A DNA stretch of 64,000 nt. Origin: Paraspadella gotoi. Taxonomy: Eukaryota; Animalia; Chaetognatha. Below are positions 34,629 through 49,451 of this stretch, piece after piece. A model generated the notes under the pieces. It was not told the DNA's origin, did no database searches, and saw only the letters and a list, made by a program, of their open reading frames with translations. The position numbers were made by a program, and so were the translations under genes. The number at the start of each line of letters is the position of its first letter. The first letter of the stretch is position 1. Location of the stretch: contig CM119271.1 of the NCBI GenBank assembly GCA_051294375.1, positions 6,635,632-6,699,631 of the forward strand, in the 5' to 3' direction.

Positions 34629-37600
34629 TCACAGCATTCCGTAGTCGAATCCCAAAGGCAGAAGAATGAGGAGAAAGAGAAGCAGGTTCCTGAGGCATAG
34701 TTTCCATTCGGCAGGAATAACAAAGATCTTGAGCATGCGAGTCACGTGATTGATCTCGTGCGCCGCGCACACAAACACAAACGAAGTGAGAATGACGTTG
34801 AGCACGGGATAGTCGGGAAGGAGGACCAAAACGCCGTGAGTGTCGGCCGCCAACCAAATGTGGTACTGCGACACAAAGAGCTCAAGCGAAATGCGTCCGA
34901 ACCACGCGAAGAACGAAGAGTAGCGAGTTCGCAACCAACCTGAATCGGCGGAAGAAACGACCTTAGCCTCGTAGTTTTGAGAAATTTATTGAAAAAGTAT
35001 GTGGTAAAAACCTGGGATGTTGCGCAAAAGTATGAACCCGATGATCGGCAACGCCGAAATGTACGGATGAACGTCGTTGCATTGAGTCTTGTTCTTGCAC
35101 CAGAATATCACGTATATTGTGTACGTGAGGATTCCCATCATGGAAAACGCCACGGCAAGAAAGGAACTCTGATAAACGATAAATGTATTTTATAAACGGT
35201 TAAAATTTTTTTTTCTTTTTCACCGAATATTTGTCTTTACCTTCAATCCTCCACAAGGAATAATAGTCAACGTTTTGTCGCTAGTATCGTCGACAAGTCC
35301 ATAAGCCTTGGCCAGTTGTAATCCGTAAGCGAATACCATTCCAAACAAGACACTGGACAAAATTTTATGGGTGGTTCTAACTAGTATTTTCAATGGAAAT
35401 TGATATCCTCAAACTCAATAAAAAAGAAAAAAGAGTGCAGATCCGGCTTTATTTGCTCAACCTATCATTAGGGGTAAGCAGCGATGTTATGATAAATCTT
35501 GCAATTTTTTTTTCATTTAATACAATTTAGCATTAATATTTAGAATTTATAGTTTTTTTTATGTGGTAGTTGTTTTAATCTAGGTGATAATGCTGGTTAT
35601 GGTCGTTATGGTGGCTAAGGTAGTTGCGATAGTAGTTATGGTTGTACATTTTACAATCATTTTACAAGCAAAACTAAATAGTTAAATGCCATTTTTCTTT
35701 TCTCTATTTAAACTCGCTTCCATTCAGACGATTCCATCCAAACTGGATTTCCATCTTAATCATATACCACACACACAAAAATCAAGGCAATCGCCCGATC
35801 CACACATGTGTATTTGACGTTCAAAACAAAGGTGGGACAAAAAGACGGACGGAAGGACGGACATCATATTTTTGCATAATTTATTATAATTTAGTGTTCT
35901 AAGATGAACTAAATGATTTACTGCCGGAAAATATAGAGAATCTTAGAGCCGTGCTCTGTGGCAGACAAATGGGGCTATTTAAACCACAAAAACAAGGATA
36001 GTCGGAAGACGCTATGATACAACCAACCTGTATCTGTCCAATTGCCATCGGAACCACCATTCGTGTATCGAGTCATCGCTGGTAACGAAGAGAGCTTTGA
36101 ACGGTCGAGTCAAAAATACTTTTTCGAAAAACACTTCCGACATGTATAAAATTGTAATAACGACTGTAAACAAGTGATTAAAATATGTCACCTATTTTCC
36201 TTTTCAAAAAACGAATCTGATAAGCAATTAAGTAAAACTTACCGATGAGAGCAACAAACTTTAACACGGTGTAAAAATAATGCAATGGGTTAGCTTTCGC
36301 TGAGGTACTAGAAACACGAGGCCATACAATGACAAAGACGTACTGAACCATAAACCAAAAAGTGACGAGAGGAACGAAATAATAAAACTGAAGGAAAAGG
36401 GGAAAAAATTGAAATTTAGATCACATTTAAGAAATAGAACCCATGATTGAACAGCGAATTACCTGATATGGACGATTCATGGTAAAACAGAGTATTACTG
36501 TCAAGAAGTTGAAACGAAATAAAATTTCACAGAACCTGATTAAAATAAATAGAAAAAAAAAATCAGGAAAAAATATTAATTCAAGCAAAGAATACTTAAT
36601 GAAACTTGAAGGGGCTATTTTTTAAAATTAACCTGGAGAGAGAAGCTGTACCATCATTCCAGAAATAGGTAAAGTGACCATATCCGGAAAGAAACAAATA
36701 AGCAGTGACCAGAACCCGTATGTGCATGTAGATAGGAAGCGCCTGCGAAGCGCCAGTCAGATGGTATATAAGGATGCAAACCTGCATCCATCCTTTCCAT
36801 TCGTCCGTTTGATCTCTGTGCAAAACCTGATGAGATGATAAAAAAAGAGGCAAAATTGAGGAACCGAGGAAATTTAAATTCTAAAATGAGTCAACTCACC
36901 CTGGTTTCCTCGGTGGAATCGTGGAAGAAAAGACCGAGGGCGGCCACGTAAGCGACAGGGAGGAAAAAGTTGATGTGGGTGAAATGTTTGTTCTCCTTCA
37001 TGAAAAAGTTGGCGCGATCGCAGAGAAAAAAGTAGGCCATGATGACGCCGAGCCGAGTCATCGTTGCGAAGAAGGCGTAGCAAGAATCTTGAGAAGGGGG
37101 AAGCCGTTTTTTCTCTCAAAATGTTGACCAGATTGGCAAAAATATTTTGTAAAAAATTTATAGAAAAGGAAAAAATCTATTTGCAAAAAAAAAAAAATTC
37201 TAACCCCTGTATAGCGATCCTCGACTGCTCTTCCCTCTGCGACGGGAGCTACCGCCTGAGACGCTTCTTCGGCGAACGTCATGAGGGGACGCGCTAGTTC
37301 CTTCGCCGGTCCCCCTCTTACTGAAAACCAGTTCCGACGCGGCGGAGGCGGCGGTCTTGATAGGACAGAGCTTCGCCGCCTCTGTGGCGACGGAAACCGC
37401 CGTCGCGCCAGCCGGAGTCGACGCCACGGATTCGTAGAGTTTGCCTAGAAAAAATGAAGGCCTTAATTAGCCTAAACGTTATCTCCGAAAGTTAAAAAAT
37501 GACCCGGTGTAAAAATAACCCCCCCCCAAAAAAAAAAAAATAATAAAGATAAATAAATTTAAAAAATATAGGCAAAAGATAATAAAAATATATAAAAATA

Positions 37601-40600
37601 TACTAAAATGAAAGTTCTATTTGGTTTAACATAACTAATTAAAAAAATAACATAAAATAGTCATATAATTAGAAATCTACTATGAAATTAAATTCAATAG
37701 GGGCGGGGGTTCAAAACTTAGTTTTGAAGTCTACTTTCAGGTAAAAAAAGAATTTTTAAAAAAAATTCATCAGCATAAAAATGTCCGAATTAATAATAAT
37801 AAATTCACTTGTTGTTGCAACGAAATTTTCATTTTCTCTCTAAACTTTGATAAGACAAACAAAAAGAAAGTTGAAACACAATGTCTAAAAATTTGATTTT
37901 AATGCTTGTTGCTATCAAAATTATAATATTACTATATAATGATAAAATTTTTTTTAATCAATCTTAATTTTTTTTTTTGATGGATTCTGATAGAGCATAA
38001 AAAGTTAAATAAAAAATATAACTACAACTTTCAAAATTTTTTATGTTTTCTTGGTCAAAATTAAGAAAAAAAAAAAATTATCGAAAGATGATGATGTTGA
38101 AGATTATAAATAGTTTTTCATATTTTTAACCCACTTATGATCAAAATATTGAAAAAAGAATTATACTTAGTGTATACAACTTTTTGCAAGCTACCTGAAT
38201 CTTACCTTAAAAATAAAAAAATCCTAAAAAATTTTTTAGCCTTTCCTATTTATAAATAATTATTAAAAAATTAATATATGGAGTATGGAATAATATTAAA
38301 ATTGTTTGTCTATTCAATTTTTTTTAAAAAATGTCTAAATTTTCGTTTGAGCAGGTGCTTAATTCAAATTTCTTAACCACCTTAATGAGTTAGGCTCCCC
38401 CTTATATAATAATGGAAGGATCACCATTTGGTGATGGCAAGCCTATACCTGGATATTGGGATTAAAGAGCCGAAATCAATGAAGGGTATAGGTTCCCAAC
38501 TGATGACCTTCTTGTCTTAAAATATACATTAATTTGCAGTTTTAAACAGAAATAAAAATATACTTATATATAATATTTACAATAATAATTAAAAATTACT
38601 CTCAAAATATAAAGGTACCCCTATAAAAAATTTTTCCCAGTATATATCCCTATCAGAGCATACAATTCTACTTGGTCGTCTCTTATCCTTAAGAAAATTA
38701 AAAAAAATTGAAATTTTCATAAATACAATAAATACGATTCCCATTCTCACCTCCCATGCCGTTGAGAATGATGACGTGCTCGTGGTTGGCGCCGTTCTGT
38801 CCGTTTCGACGACAGCGTCTCGTTTTTAGGCGACAGACGAGAATGAGGCAAAAGATGACGAAACAAATTCCGAAGACGCAGGCTATGGCGGAGAGACGAT
38901 AAACAATAAATAACTATAAATACGGAGAGCGATGAATCGTGCAACGGGAGACCTGTGATTATCTGTAAAACGGTAATGGGTTCCCCGTCGGAGCAACAAG
39001 TTCCATCGTTATAGTTCATGTGGTTGTTGCAATACATGTTGAGCAAAATTTGCGAGTCCAGTTTCAATACGGTGTTCGATAAATGAATGCCGTCTAAATT
39101 GAAGAAAATACGAGTCGTCTAGTAAGAATTTTAAAATTAAAATCGACAGAAGCTAACCTTCGGAGTCCTTTAAGTAGGCGCGGGCGATGGTTTCGCTCGA
39201 AGTCCAAAGCTTGGCGGCCGTCTCCTCTACGATGCTGGCGGCTGCTTTGTTGTACTTGAGAATCTGCTCATTGGTGATCATAGATCTGCGGGGGGACAAC
39301 TTGTTCTCCGCGACGGGGCCCTGTAGCATCCACAGAATCTTGGTCGTGTCCTTGAGTTTGTCGAAGTAAGGCGCGATGTAGGAGAGATTCACCTAAGAAA
39401 CGATTTGAATTTTTTTTTTTTTTTACTGAAGTACAGAACAACCTATTTAAGAGGCTAATATCAACCTTAATTAATAATTATGTATATCCCCCAGCTTGCC
39501 TTAAAATTCTCCAGAGCCTCCTCGCTTCCGTTATTCAATCTGATGCTCCAAGCACCGCTGCTGGTGATAATGGCCTTCGGCTTGTCCTGACTGCCTAAAG
39601 ATCCAAAACGAGAAAAAAAATAACAACAATTAGCTCCAAACCAATTAAGGGGATGTCCCTTATTGTTACTGACCTTTGTTTCCGCTCTCTACCCACTTCT
39701 TATAAACGGCCAACATGGATTCGTTAACCATCGGCTGCCACAGAAACTCTAAATGAAGATTTAACCTTTCGTCTCTGCAAAGGAGAAGAATAGAAAGTCG
39801 GTGAAGACATGACAAGAGGTAACAGAATGCAAATGCGAAATATTTGCCTGTAATGATGATCCTCATGGTGGCCTTCGATGACGTAATCCGCACCGCTTAT
39901 CAGAGTCACCATCGAGGCGAACAATTGGCGAATCCTCGAGTCTCCCATAAACACGAAATAGTTTCGTCCACCCCAATAGGCCACGTATCTGGCAGGCAGA
40001 CATAGGTATTCTCAAACAATTTGCGACACAAATTTTTTTAAATCATAAAAGTAATGATACATCATAAAAAACAACAACTTAACTATCAAATAACGACTTT
40101 TCCCAATTAAAAAACCTTAAACACGTGTGCGCTTCCTCTTTCTCGTAGTCGTGCATCATGCAGCCGTAGGGTTGCCAGACGGTCCGCCCTTGAAAACGGC
40201 CCTTGGTGAGAAGCCAGTCGCAGGAATCGGCGCCGAAACGCCATCGCATGACGCCGTGATGAATGACGAAGCCGACGACGAGGATGAGGGCGATGGCCTT
40301 TGCCCGATCAACGGTGAAGTGAGCGGCTAGCTCGGAGCGGCCCGCAGCAAAACCGGCCGCGTCCACGCCCGGCGGCAGCATCGACGCCCAGCGCGAGGGT
40401 TCTGCCTCGGACGGCGATGGGCCGAAGGAAGACTTTGAGGAGGGCGCCGGCGCGGATTTGGTAAAGGGCGCCGCGGGTCGGGAAGGCGTCGATGGCGTGG
40501 AAGAGGGAGGAGAGGCCAAACTCGTGTCACTGGTTTTCGTTGAGAGCTGAGAAGACGAAGAACGGTAGCTTGAGAATCTAGAGTAAACGCTAAATTCTTA

Positions 40601-41113
40601 ATACTTGTAACACTATTTTTAACCCAATTATTCCGCTCTCCCTGATTCCACAAGAGTTTGTTCCTGACATCCCAACACAGGAAACTCGTCCTCAGATTTC
40701 CAAAATATTCGTGCACTTACTAATATCGGGATACTGACTTCCACAGACAAAGCGTTATAAAAATTTTCTTAAGAATATATTTTTTTTCTTAAGAATATTC
40801 GCAATTAAGATTATTGGTTTATACGGTGATCATGTCCTACCGACAGAATTCATCGGAACTAATATAATCACTGAATATTAATCAGTCAACACCGTTCTGT
40901 TAAGTCAATCTGTTGAAATTGATAGCGGATTACCTCGTTCCCGCCAGTTTCGCTGGGCGCATTCTGGGACGAATCCTCCCCGAAACTCTCTTCTAGGAGG
41001 AGCGAATTTCCTAAGCCGGATGCGCTTCCCTCGGATGCGTCGGAGGTCGACTGGGTCGCTTGGACGTAAGTTAAGCCGTTTACATCCGGGACCGACTCGG
41101 CCGGATTCGCCAT
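34629..41113 (-). CDS. CASD1: CAS1 domain-containing sialate O-acetyltransferase, multi-exon
   Basis: [79 protein letters not shown]. Likely first exon 41113-40935 splices in frame to an acceptor at ~40537; this start is inferred. Confidence 0.9.
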
Positions 41114-42838
41114 GAAGGGAAGTCACAACATCCGCCGAGTCTGCATAGTTCTTCGATCCTTAGCGTTTTTCGTTCAAATTCGATGTCATGTAAAACCGAT
41201 TGGGCCGTTTGATTGAGCGTGAAGAAAGAATGTTTCACAACGACTGAGTTTCCCAAAATGATGCACAATGAATATATTATATTATTATATATTTATTTGG
41301 TATAACCTTTCTTTCGACGACCGGGGTTAGGGGAGGTGTCAGGGTAATTAGGTAATAATTTTTTTTTAAATAAGTATTTAATTGTTTTTTCAAAAGACGC
41401 CAAAACCCAGATAGGCGAAAGTAAAGTTTTACCAAATATTTCATGTTTAATTCTCTAATGACTTAGAAACGGTGAAATGATTTCGTGACTTGAGCTGTAA
41501 CTTATACAAGGAGCCTCATATCATTCTTTCCTAACCCACTTAAATCTTACGATTCACTATTTCTTCTTCTCCCCCTCAGACAACATTTTATGGATATATT
41601 TATATTGTATATAAAGAAGTTCCTTATCACTTAGGCGGGTCACAAAGAGTTAGTCTAGCTTTAATCTTAAAAACTTATCACTTTTGTACATCAATATGTG
41701 CGACGACTTACCTCACAGAGTTTACAAATTCATTTTGAAATTGGAGATGATTTAAGTATTGTCCATATATCGCAGTCTCATTCTACACTGTTAGAAAAGT
41801 GTTGGGCAATAAATCAAAAGCAAATCTGGAAAGGTGTTTTCTTTTTATATTTTTCTCATAAATGACAAATTTCTTTACACGTTCCGGACATAACGTTTCC
41901 AAACAAGATGCTGCAAAAATCCCGATGCATTTATCACAAATTATTTAGGGGGTTTAAAAAAAAATACTAAATTGTGATAACTATTCTATAGGACATCAAC
42001 CAATTAAGTACTTTTGATATTTTAGGGGAAGTTACAATTTCCACAGCCCAACTAACAACTAAAGAATATTTCTTTTATTTCCACGACCGATGTCCGGGAA
42101 AAAAATGTGCAAAAGTGTCGACAGAGCAGAAAAAATGTAAAAACAAGATGAAACGAGGATAAACTCCAATAATCGATATGACTAGCAAGGAATACCCTAA
42201 GCAACCACAGGTAAATATCATGACCTAAAAAAAACCTTAATTCCATCCGCGTCCAAGAAACTGATATCACATAATACAGATGTAAGTTTGGAAACCTTTT
42301 CTCATAACCTTTGGAAATGACAAATTTATTTACTCCAAATTAACCCAAGAATTCAATTTATAAAGTATGTTTTACTTTTTAATTTACATGCGTTAAATCA
42401 AAATAAAATCAATAAAAAAATTTTATTACCCCTATTTTACCAAAAAATTTTAATTGATTAATTTTCTAAAATCTATTCTAATTTTTTTAGTCAAAAGGAA
42501 GTAAACAAAATTTAAGATCAATCATTCCCAAAAGTTAACGTGGTAAAATTAAAACATACAATTTTTCATGATCATTATGACCAATCGACCATCAAAAACC
42601 CCTCTCATATGGAATGATTAATTGTGTAATTTTTGTTCAAGAATTTTTTCATTGTCCACGCGTCAAAATCGTTTATAATCATCCCTCATAAAGTGAAAAA
42701 TTTTATACGTCCGTTAATACGGAAAACGTCGATTCATTAAAAATCGGAAGAAAAAAAACAGGAAAAAAAAAAACAAAAAAACGCGAGCGACAATGTCATC
42801 TAAAATGATCCCGTGAGCCCAATTTTAAAAGGACCTCT

Positions 42839-45800
42839 TCAAGCTATGGCCTTGGCCTCAGGGAGGAAAAGCTCCCAGTGTTTAACGAGTTTCTGTTCGC
42901 TGTCCATCAGGATTTCCAGGTACGACAAAATTGTGGCCTTGAAATCGCGAATGCGCGTCGCCTCGAACCGCTCCATCTCTGACCGGATGGTCTTAGAGCA
43001 AGCCTCAAATTCCTTCTGCCCAAGCTCCATTTTTCGCTCAAGCTGCAAAGAATAAAGATTTAGGTCAATTGGGCCAAGAAACGGCCTCTCCTTCCAATCT
43101 CAAATAAACGCGAGACCCACCTCCTTAATCTCTTCCTCGGTTAAGCGCAGTTTGTCGGACTTTCCCTGTTGTTGAAATTTAGTCGCGGCCTCCCTTCTCT
43201 TCGCCAGGGTGGCGCTGGTATTTCGCCAGTTGGTGTAAATCTTTACGCGTTGATTAAACACGTCCTGTATAAAGGAAAGTCGAAGACGCTGCTCAACTGC
43301 TCATTTTTGTCTTTGAACCGGAACATGGGAGATCTTGAGCTGTGCTACACAGTTAAACTCATAGATACTTCAATTATATAAAAAACATTGCGGAGTACAA
43401 TAAGTATTCCCCGATCTAATACTTAAGGGAGTGGTCTTTTCATACAATTGAAACATTCTTTGAAATATTTTCCACTTCATTGATAGGGAAGCCAGGTACT
43501 CTGGGAGTGAATAAACGAGACTGTGAGAGTGTCTTGATTGAAAGCTTGCAGGGACCTGCTATGTCATTATCTTGTAAGAGTGATGGAGGCCTTAAACCAC
43601 CAAAGCCGGTCCAAAGTCAGGGGCAAGATAGCTTATTTATTAAATGAATGGATAATTTTTATATTGGTTGTACTAATTTCATTCTCATAAAAACAGTGAA
43701 ATTTGTATAAACTTTTCCCAATCCGACTCCTCACTTTGACGGCGGAAAGAAGAGCCACGTAATCGCGAATTGTCTCGGACAACTGAAAGAAGTCGCCGTT
43801 GGATTGCTCGAGGTGAACTTGCTCCACTTTTTCTTCAACCTCCGCCAAATGAGACAAGGCACGAGAAAGACCTGGCGAGAATCAAATCGAGCTATAGAAT
43901 ATTCGACCTGAGAGCTTCGTCACGCAATCAGGCGCAACCTGTGTGTTCCTCAGCGTTGGAGAGCAGGGCGCAGGATTTAGCGAACTGCGCCGTATTCCCG
44001 ACGAGTTCGCGTCGCTGCACCACCAGCGATTCCAGGGAGGTGTGAAGCTTCCTCAACTGGTGGTCTGTGAGAAGTATTTAAAAAATTATTAAACTAAAAA
44101 GAAATAATAAACTATCGTTAAGATGTAACTGAAAAAAAAAATAATCACCTAAATTCTCAATCATCATCCCCTTCTCTTCGAACCAAGCGTCGGCTTCGTC
44201 CACTCTATAGGCAATCTTGTTCACTTTGTCCTCCAGATTTGAGAAAAACTTGCCAATAGAGGCACCGCTATAAAGTTTAAGACAAAATCAGGTAACGATG
44301 ATTGCAAAAAATATCATAACTCTCGTTTTCTCTCTCTCTGATAACCTGAAGGTCGAAGTCTGTGTGGCGCGAGGCAAATCCCCGTCGGTTTCGAGGAAGT
44401 CCCTAAAATCGGGATCCATTCGTAAAACAGGATGCGCCGCCGTGCGGTTGAGGAAGCGTTCCAAGGCGGCGCGACGACGCTCGATGAACTCCTGGTGTCA
44501 ACCGAAAAAGAAATGAGACGAAGGATCCAGACGAAGTTAATTCGCGATTTTAAGAAAAAACTGGACAATTTCCAATGCGCAATAAGTTTTTGTTAGTCTC
44601 AGTCACACGCACCCGGAGTTAAATTGTTCAAATTTATTATTTTTGTAGCAAAATAATTTGTGGTGAGTTCTTCAATCTCATTTACATATTGTAGTAGTTT
44701 AGACCATTTCTCATATCTCATATCAGCACCATAATTTTATAAGGATAAAAACCATTTAATAATAGTATTGAATAATAGTATTGAGCATTAGTATTGAGCA
44801 AACTCTCAAAACTGAATTCCAAAATATCAACCTGGGGCTTTCGAACAGTCCAAAAATCCTGTATTATCATTTATAAAACGAATATTATAAAAGGTGGAGG
44901 TTCCCTTTCCAGTTTCCATGCATGGCAAGTGGTATCCCAATAAATTCGTATAGATACTACTTCGTAATTTGAATAAAAAATAAATTGTGAACAATTACAT
45001 TACACACGAAAAAAAAAACGATGTTCTTCCTTACCTGAGAGGTTTGGTCTTCTTTCGACAATTTGATGCCGATGGCACCCATAGCGCTCTTTTCGGGTGC
45101 CGGTGGAACGATACGTCCGGCCACCATGTGTTTTGCGACTAGTTTTTGATGCAGTCCGAGGAAATCGGAGAAACGCCGACTAACGTTGTAGTTGGATTTG
45201 CGAAATGCTGGAAGGTTCGTTTTGGTCGTGACCTAAAAACAAAATAAAATAAATAAATTTCGAAATGACAATAAATACGTGGGGACCATTCCAAAGGTAG
45301 TCTCGGCCGAGGCTGGGCTGGGCTGGGCTTACCTTGTAAGAAACGTATGCTCCCATTCCTTCTCCAACTTTGGCCGGGTCGTGGACGCGGATTTCGAGGA
45401 AAAACTCGTCTCCTCCGTCAGCCTCCGATTCATCCTTGGTCATCTGTTGTGGTTCATTCTTGAATTTCTGGTAGACGCATCATCAAAGAAAATCGAAAAC
45501 AAATGAATCCAAAAGTATTAAACGTTTGTCGAGGACCAATAAAACAATTTTCCTCCATGCATGATTAGCACTCTCGTCCTCCTAATTTCTAAATTTCTAC
45601 CATATTTCTATAAAAACTCTTGACAATACTTACGCCGATAGGAGCGGCCACCGGAATTGGTTTGGCCACTGGTTTCGCGAGAGGAGCCGTCTTCCCAGTG
45701 ACGGGCAACTGGGAATCGAGATCGCCGGCTCCAGCACTCATTGGGGACGGCGTCTCGTCGGTGCTATTAGTTTGATCCAAACTTAAAACCGGAGCCTGAC

Positions 45801-48693
45801 GTAACAAAAAAAAAGTTTAGAATTCGACAGACTTATTTTTTAAACGGATGACGGAGAGAATTATTATCTAATCTACTTCGCGCTGAATTAAACATAGTTA
45901 GTTGACTAATACCGAAATTGCCGATACGTTTTTCGCAGCCAATTCATTGCCTGCTAATCTATATGCATTTCTTTATTTTACAGATCGAGTTCGGAAGAAA
46001 ACTTAAAACAGGGTGAATAAAATTCATAAGAAAAATATTATTATCTTTTTAAAACATTTGAAAATCGTAAAAACAATTTTGCACTTAAACTTTACATACA
46101 CTGCGGCGCATAAAAAAGTTCATACTTTCCTGCCTGGAATAGGCCAATGTATTTGGTTGAACTGTGAACCTCTTTTGAAGAGCTATCAATTAGTGCACAA
46201 AAAATTAAATCGGTTGAGACCGTAAAATATGGCAAAACATTAAAATCAAAACTTTAAAATGAAATTGGGAAATGTAAATTTCTCTAGTTAAAACGTCCAT
46301 CATTTTTTCTTTTCTGACATTCGCTATTGATATAGAATTAACATAATGATAATAGAATATATATTTCCCCAGTATGTATCCCTATCAGAACATACGATTC
46401 TACATGGTAGTCATATCCCTATTGGTAAAAAAAATCATATATAACTTTGGTCCCCCCTCAAAAAATTATCCATTCCCACCCCTTTCTGTTCAGCCTGTGA
46501 GATATTATGATTTTTCATAAATAACTTTCTAACAGGAATGATGAGTGATATCTATTAGAAAACTAGGACAGATTGTAATCTAACCTTGGGTTGTATAGAT
46601 ACTCCCTCTATTTCCAGAAGAACACTGACTTCCCCTTCCCAAAATGAGTTATTAGCTGTAATGATAAGTAAAAAAATTTTAAGAAAGCAATAAATTTATA
46701 TTTAAAGAATATAAATTAAATAATAAATCCTTCATAAAATATAAAAATAGAAAATAGTGAAACAAGTATTTTTATACTTAACATATAAACAAAAATATAA
46801 ATCTTATAATTAAAGTTAATTTAAAAGAGTTTAGAAAAGTTATTTCTTCCAAAATAAAACGTCCTCTAAAAAAATGAAGAGAAAAAAAGCTTTAAAAGTT
46901 GTCTGTGGTAAGCTAACTTTAAACAACTGTTTTTTTCACTTTTTAAACATAATTCTTTCGGGTAGTTTTTATACTTATTTTAGTTATTTTAATATTTTTT
47001 TATTTCGAACCATCGGGATAACTCCCCTTAAAATTTTTCGATTAACTGACTTAATGAGTTACAACTTTTGAATTTCTCGCCCGATTTTGATGAAATTTGC
47101 ACCAATCGCTTTGGCTTTCAAAAAGCTTTATATCTTTTGAAAGTTAAGCCATCCAATATGTTTTTTCTGCGCCGCAGTGTATTTTACCCCGAAATCGATC
47201 CGGTGAGAAAGTGATACGGATAATATAAAGCAAATTATTAGCGAAAGTAACGAAAAATATCAATTAAAAATTTTAAAATATTGAAGCGGGATGTGTTGTA
47301 AAGACTTTCTGTACATAAAACAAAACATAAAACAATACACCATGACAGATGGACATTGGACATTACTTGGAGTTTAATAACATACGTGGTAGTGGTAGGT
47401 TCGGGAGGGCTGATTGTGAAAAGTTTCGATACATATAATAAAAAGGGTTTATTTTTTAGATCAAAGAAGAATTAGAAGAAAAAATAAAAAATACAAAAAC
47501 AGACAAATTAGATTGTTCATAGTAAACGACTAAAAAAAAAAAACAAAAAAAAACAGAAATACAATTTGCAATAAATGTAAAAAACTATGGGATCTTTATT
47601 AAACAAAACTTTAAAATATTTTCGTAGAATATACGTAAAATAACGTTTACAAAAACTCGATTCTGAGTAATACTTCAGCAAAAAACATTGCATAAATTTC
47701 CTACGATCTTCATTCGAATGAGTATACATATTACATAGTATATAAATTTCCACCTCCACTCCGTCAAGTTAAAAGTAATACTAATAGTATACTATTAGTA
47801 TATATATATAATATATATATATATTATATATGACAAAGATTTCCCCCAGACCCCAGGATACATATTAGCCCTACCTGATTGTTGGGCAGCCTGGAAGGGG
47901 GAAACAAGTCGTCGTCGTCGTCGTCGTCGTCAAAAAAGGCGCCGCCAGAGGAAGGAGGCGGCGCCGTAAACTCGGAGGACGCATTGTGGCCGTTGACGAT
48001 CGGCGATATCGAGGACGGCGGAGCGACAACTTGATTAAATAAACAATATCAGGTTATAAAAGGAAGTTAAATTAAAATTATGATTATAATTACATTTATA
48101 AAATTTTTTCAAAATTTCTAATTGCCAAAAATATATTTTACACTTCATATGAACTTACACTTAATACACAATAAACTTACTATATCGTTCAGTTTATTAT
48201 TAGGTTTGTAGAGATTTATAAACATTGGTATGATTTTAAATTTAATTATTTTAGGAGTGTAGATCGTATTTGAGTTTAATTGTTCTTTGTTAAAATGGTA
48301 GTTTTTTAATTGTTTAAGACATCTTATTTTAATACTCATTACAAACTAAACCCTAAAAATTAAGATAAGCGTAGAACAAAAAAATAAAATAAGTATTCCA
48401 GTGAATTTCTGCCCGTCCCTCTTTCGAAGCCAACCTTTATCTGGCAAGGCAGCACTTGGTTCTGAGCTGAGCGAAACGGGTTCGAAATCTGGCCCGTCAT
48501 CGAGCGGCACGGGTTTGAGGTCGCTGACGGGGCTTTCGAGGTCTTCAGTAGGCGGATCGTCAGAGAGGATGAGTTGGTCCTCCGGTGGTGCGGATGGCGA
48601 TGGCGAAGTTGGGGTCATCGTGGGCGTGGCTCCGGTCTCCCCATTTCCTTCATCGCTGGCATCCAACGGCGGCGGTTCCGTCACGGTGGCCAT
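42839..48693 (-). CDS. Sorting nexin 1/2 (PX-BAR), multi-exon
   Basis: [51 protein letters not shown], and C-terminal [19 protein letters not shown] typical of SNX1/SNX2. Confidence 0.93.
43502..43682. repeat. ~180-bp dispersed repeat, copy 2 (in SNX intron)
   Basis: Near-identical to 32915-33107. Confidence 0.9.
44642..44725. repeat. Short dispersed repeat, inverted copy of 8595-8690 (in SNX intron)
   Basis: Reverse complement matches 8595-8690. Confidence 0.8.
46099..47179. mobile_element. Non-autonomous Tc1/mariner-type DNA transposon (MITE), ~1.08 kb, in SNX intron
   Basis: TIRs CACTGCGGCGCAtAAAAAA (46099) and TTTTTTcTGCGCCGCAGTG (ends 47179), each flanked by TA (46097-98, 47180-81); no transposase ORF. 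Confidence 0.85.
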
Positions 48694-49451
48694 TTTCTCG
48701 CAACTTCCTTTTCCGCTTAACTTGATCCCTTTCTAAGATAACGATTTCGTTCACCTAAACGCTGGTAATATAAACGTGAAAAATACTTGAGACGTAGTAA
48801 AGCCTACGCGAAATTCAATATTTTCTTTCTTGTTATAAAATTCCAACAAAAAACTAACATCTTTCCTGATAACAATTTTTCTAATACTACTGAAAAAATT
48901 AACAGCGGTATGGCTACATTCGCAGTGCCGCTTATACCGAGTTGTAGTTTGATTAATTTTCAAAGAAAAGAATGATACATTATCCGTTAGGACCAGCGCC
49001 AGTTGATCACAGAAAAGCTCAAAGAGGAAACTCCATAATATTCTCCCATATTTACTAAATTTATCAAATTCAAAATCAAGTTGAGCACTTAATGTTTATA
49101 ACTTTAAAATGGCATCGCCTGAGACGTCTTACTCTTCAATGTAAACTTTTTTACGTATATCACTTGCTCGTAGTGGTCCATAAATGACGAGCAGAAAAGG
49201 CAGAATCGCAGTTACTTACGTTAAACAATAACTTGAGTAATTTCAATTGAAAAAAGAGAAATTTTCAATTATAAAACACATTATATCACGTGCTGTGTCA
49301 ATAAAAATTCTCTACATGTAAATAAATCTCAAAAACGACAATTTAAAAAAAAAAAAATTTGAGGCGGAAAATAAACTTCGTTAGTGACCAACCACAGTTT
49401 ACTATAAGAAACACTGGCCGAAAAGACTCAAACGAAAATAGCGGTCGAGTT

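Noticed and set aside
40886-41113. 75-aa ORF as a separate small gene
   Set aside because: It has a GAG|GTAATC donor that splices in frame to CASD1, which otherwise lacks an ATG; treated as CASD1 exon 1.
47775-47832. AT palindrome / (TA)n stretch
   Set aside because: Simple low-complexity microsatellite in an intron.
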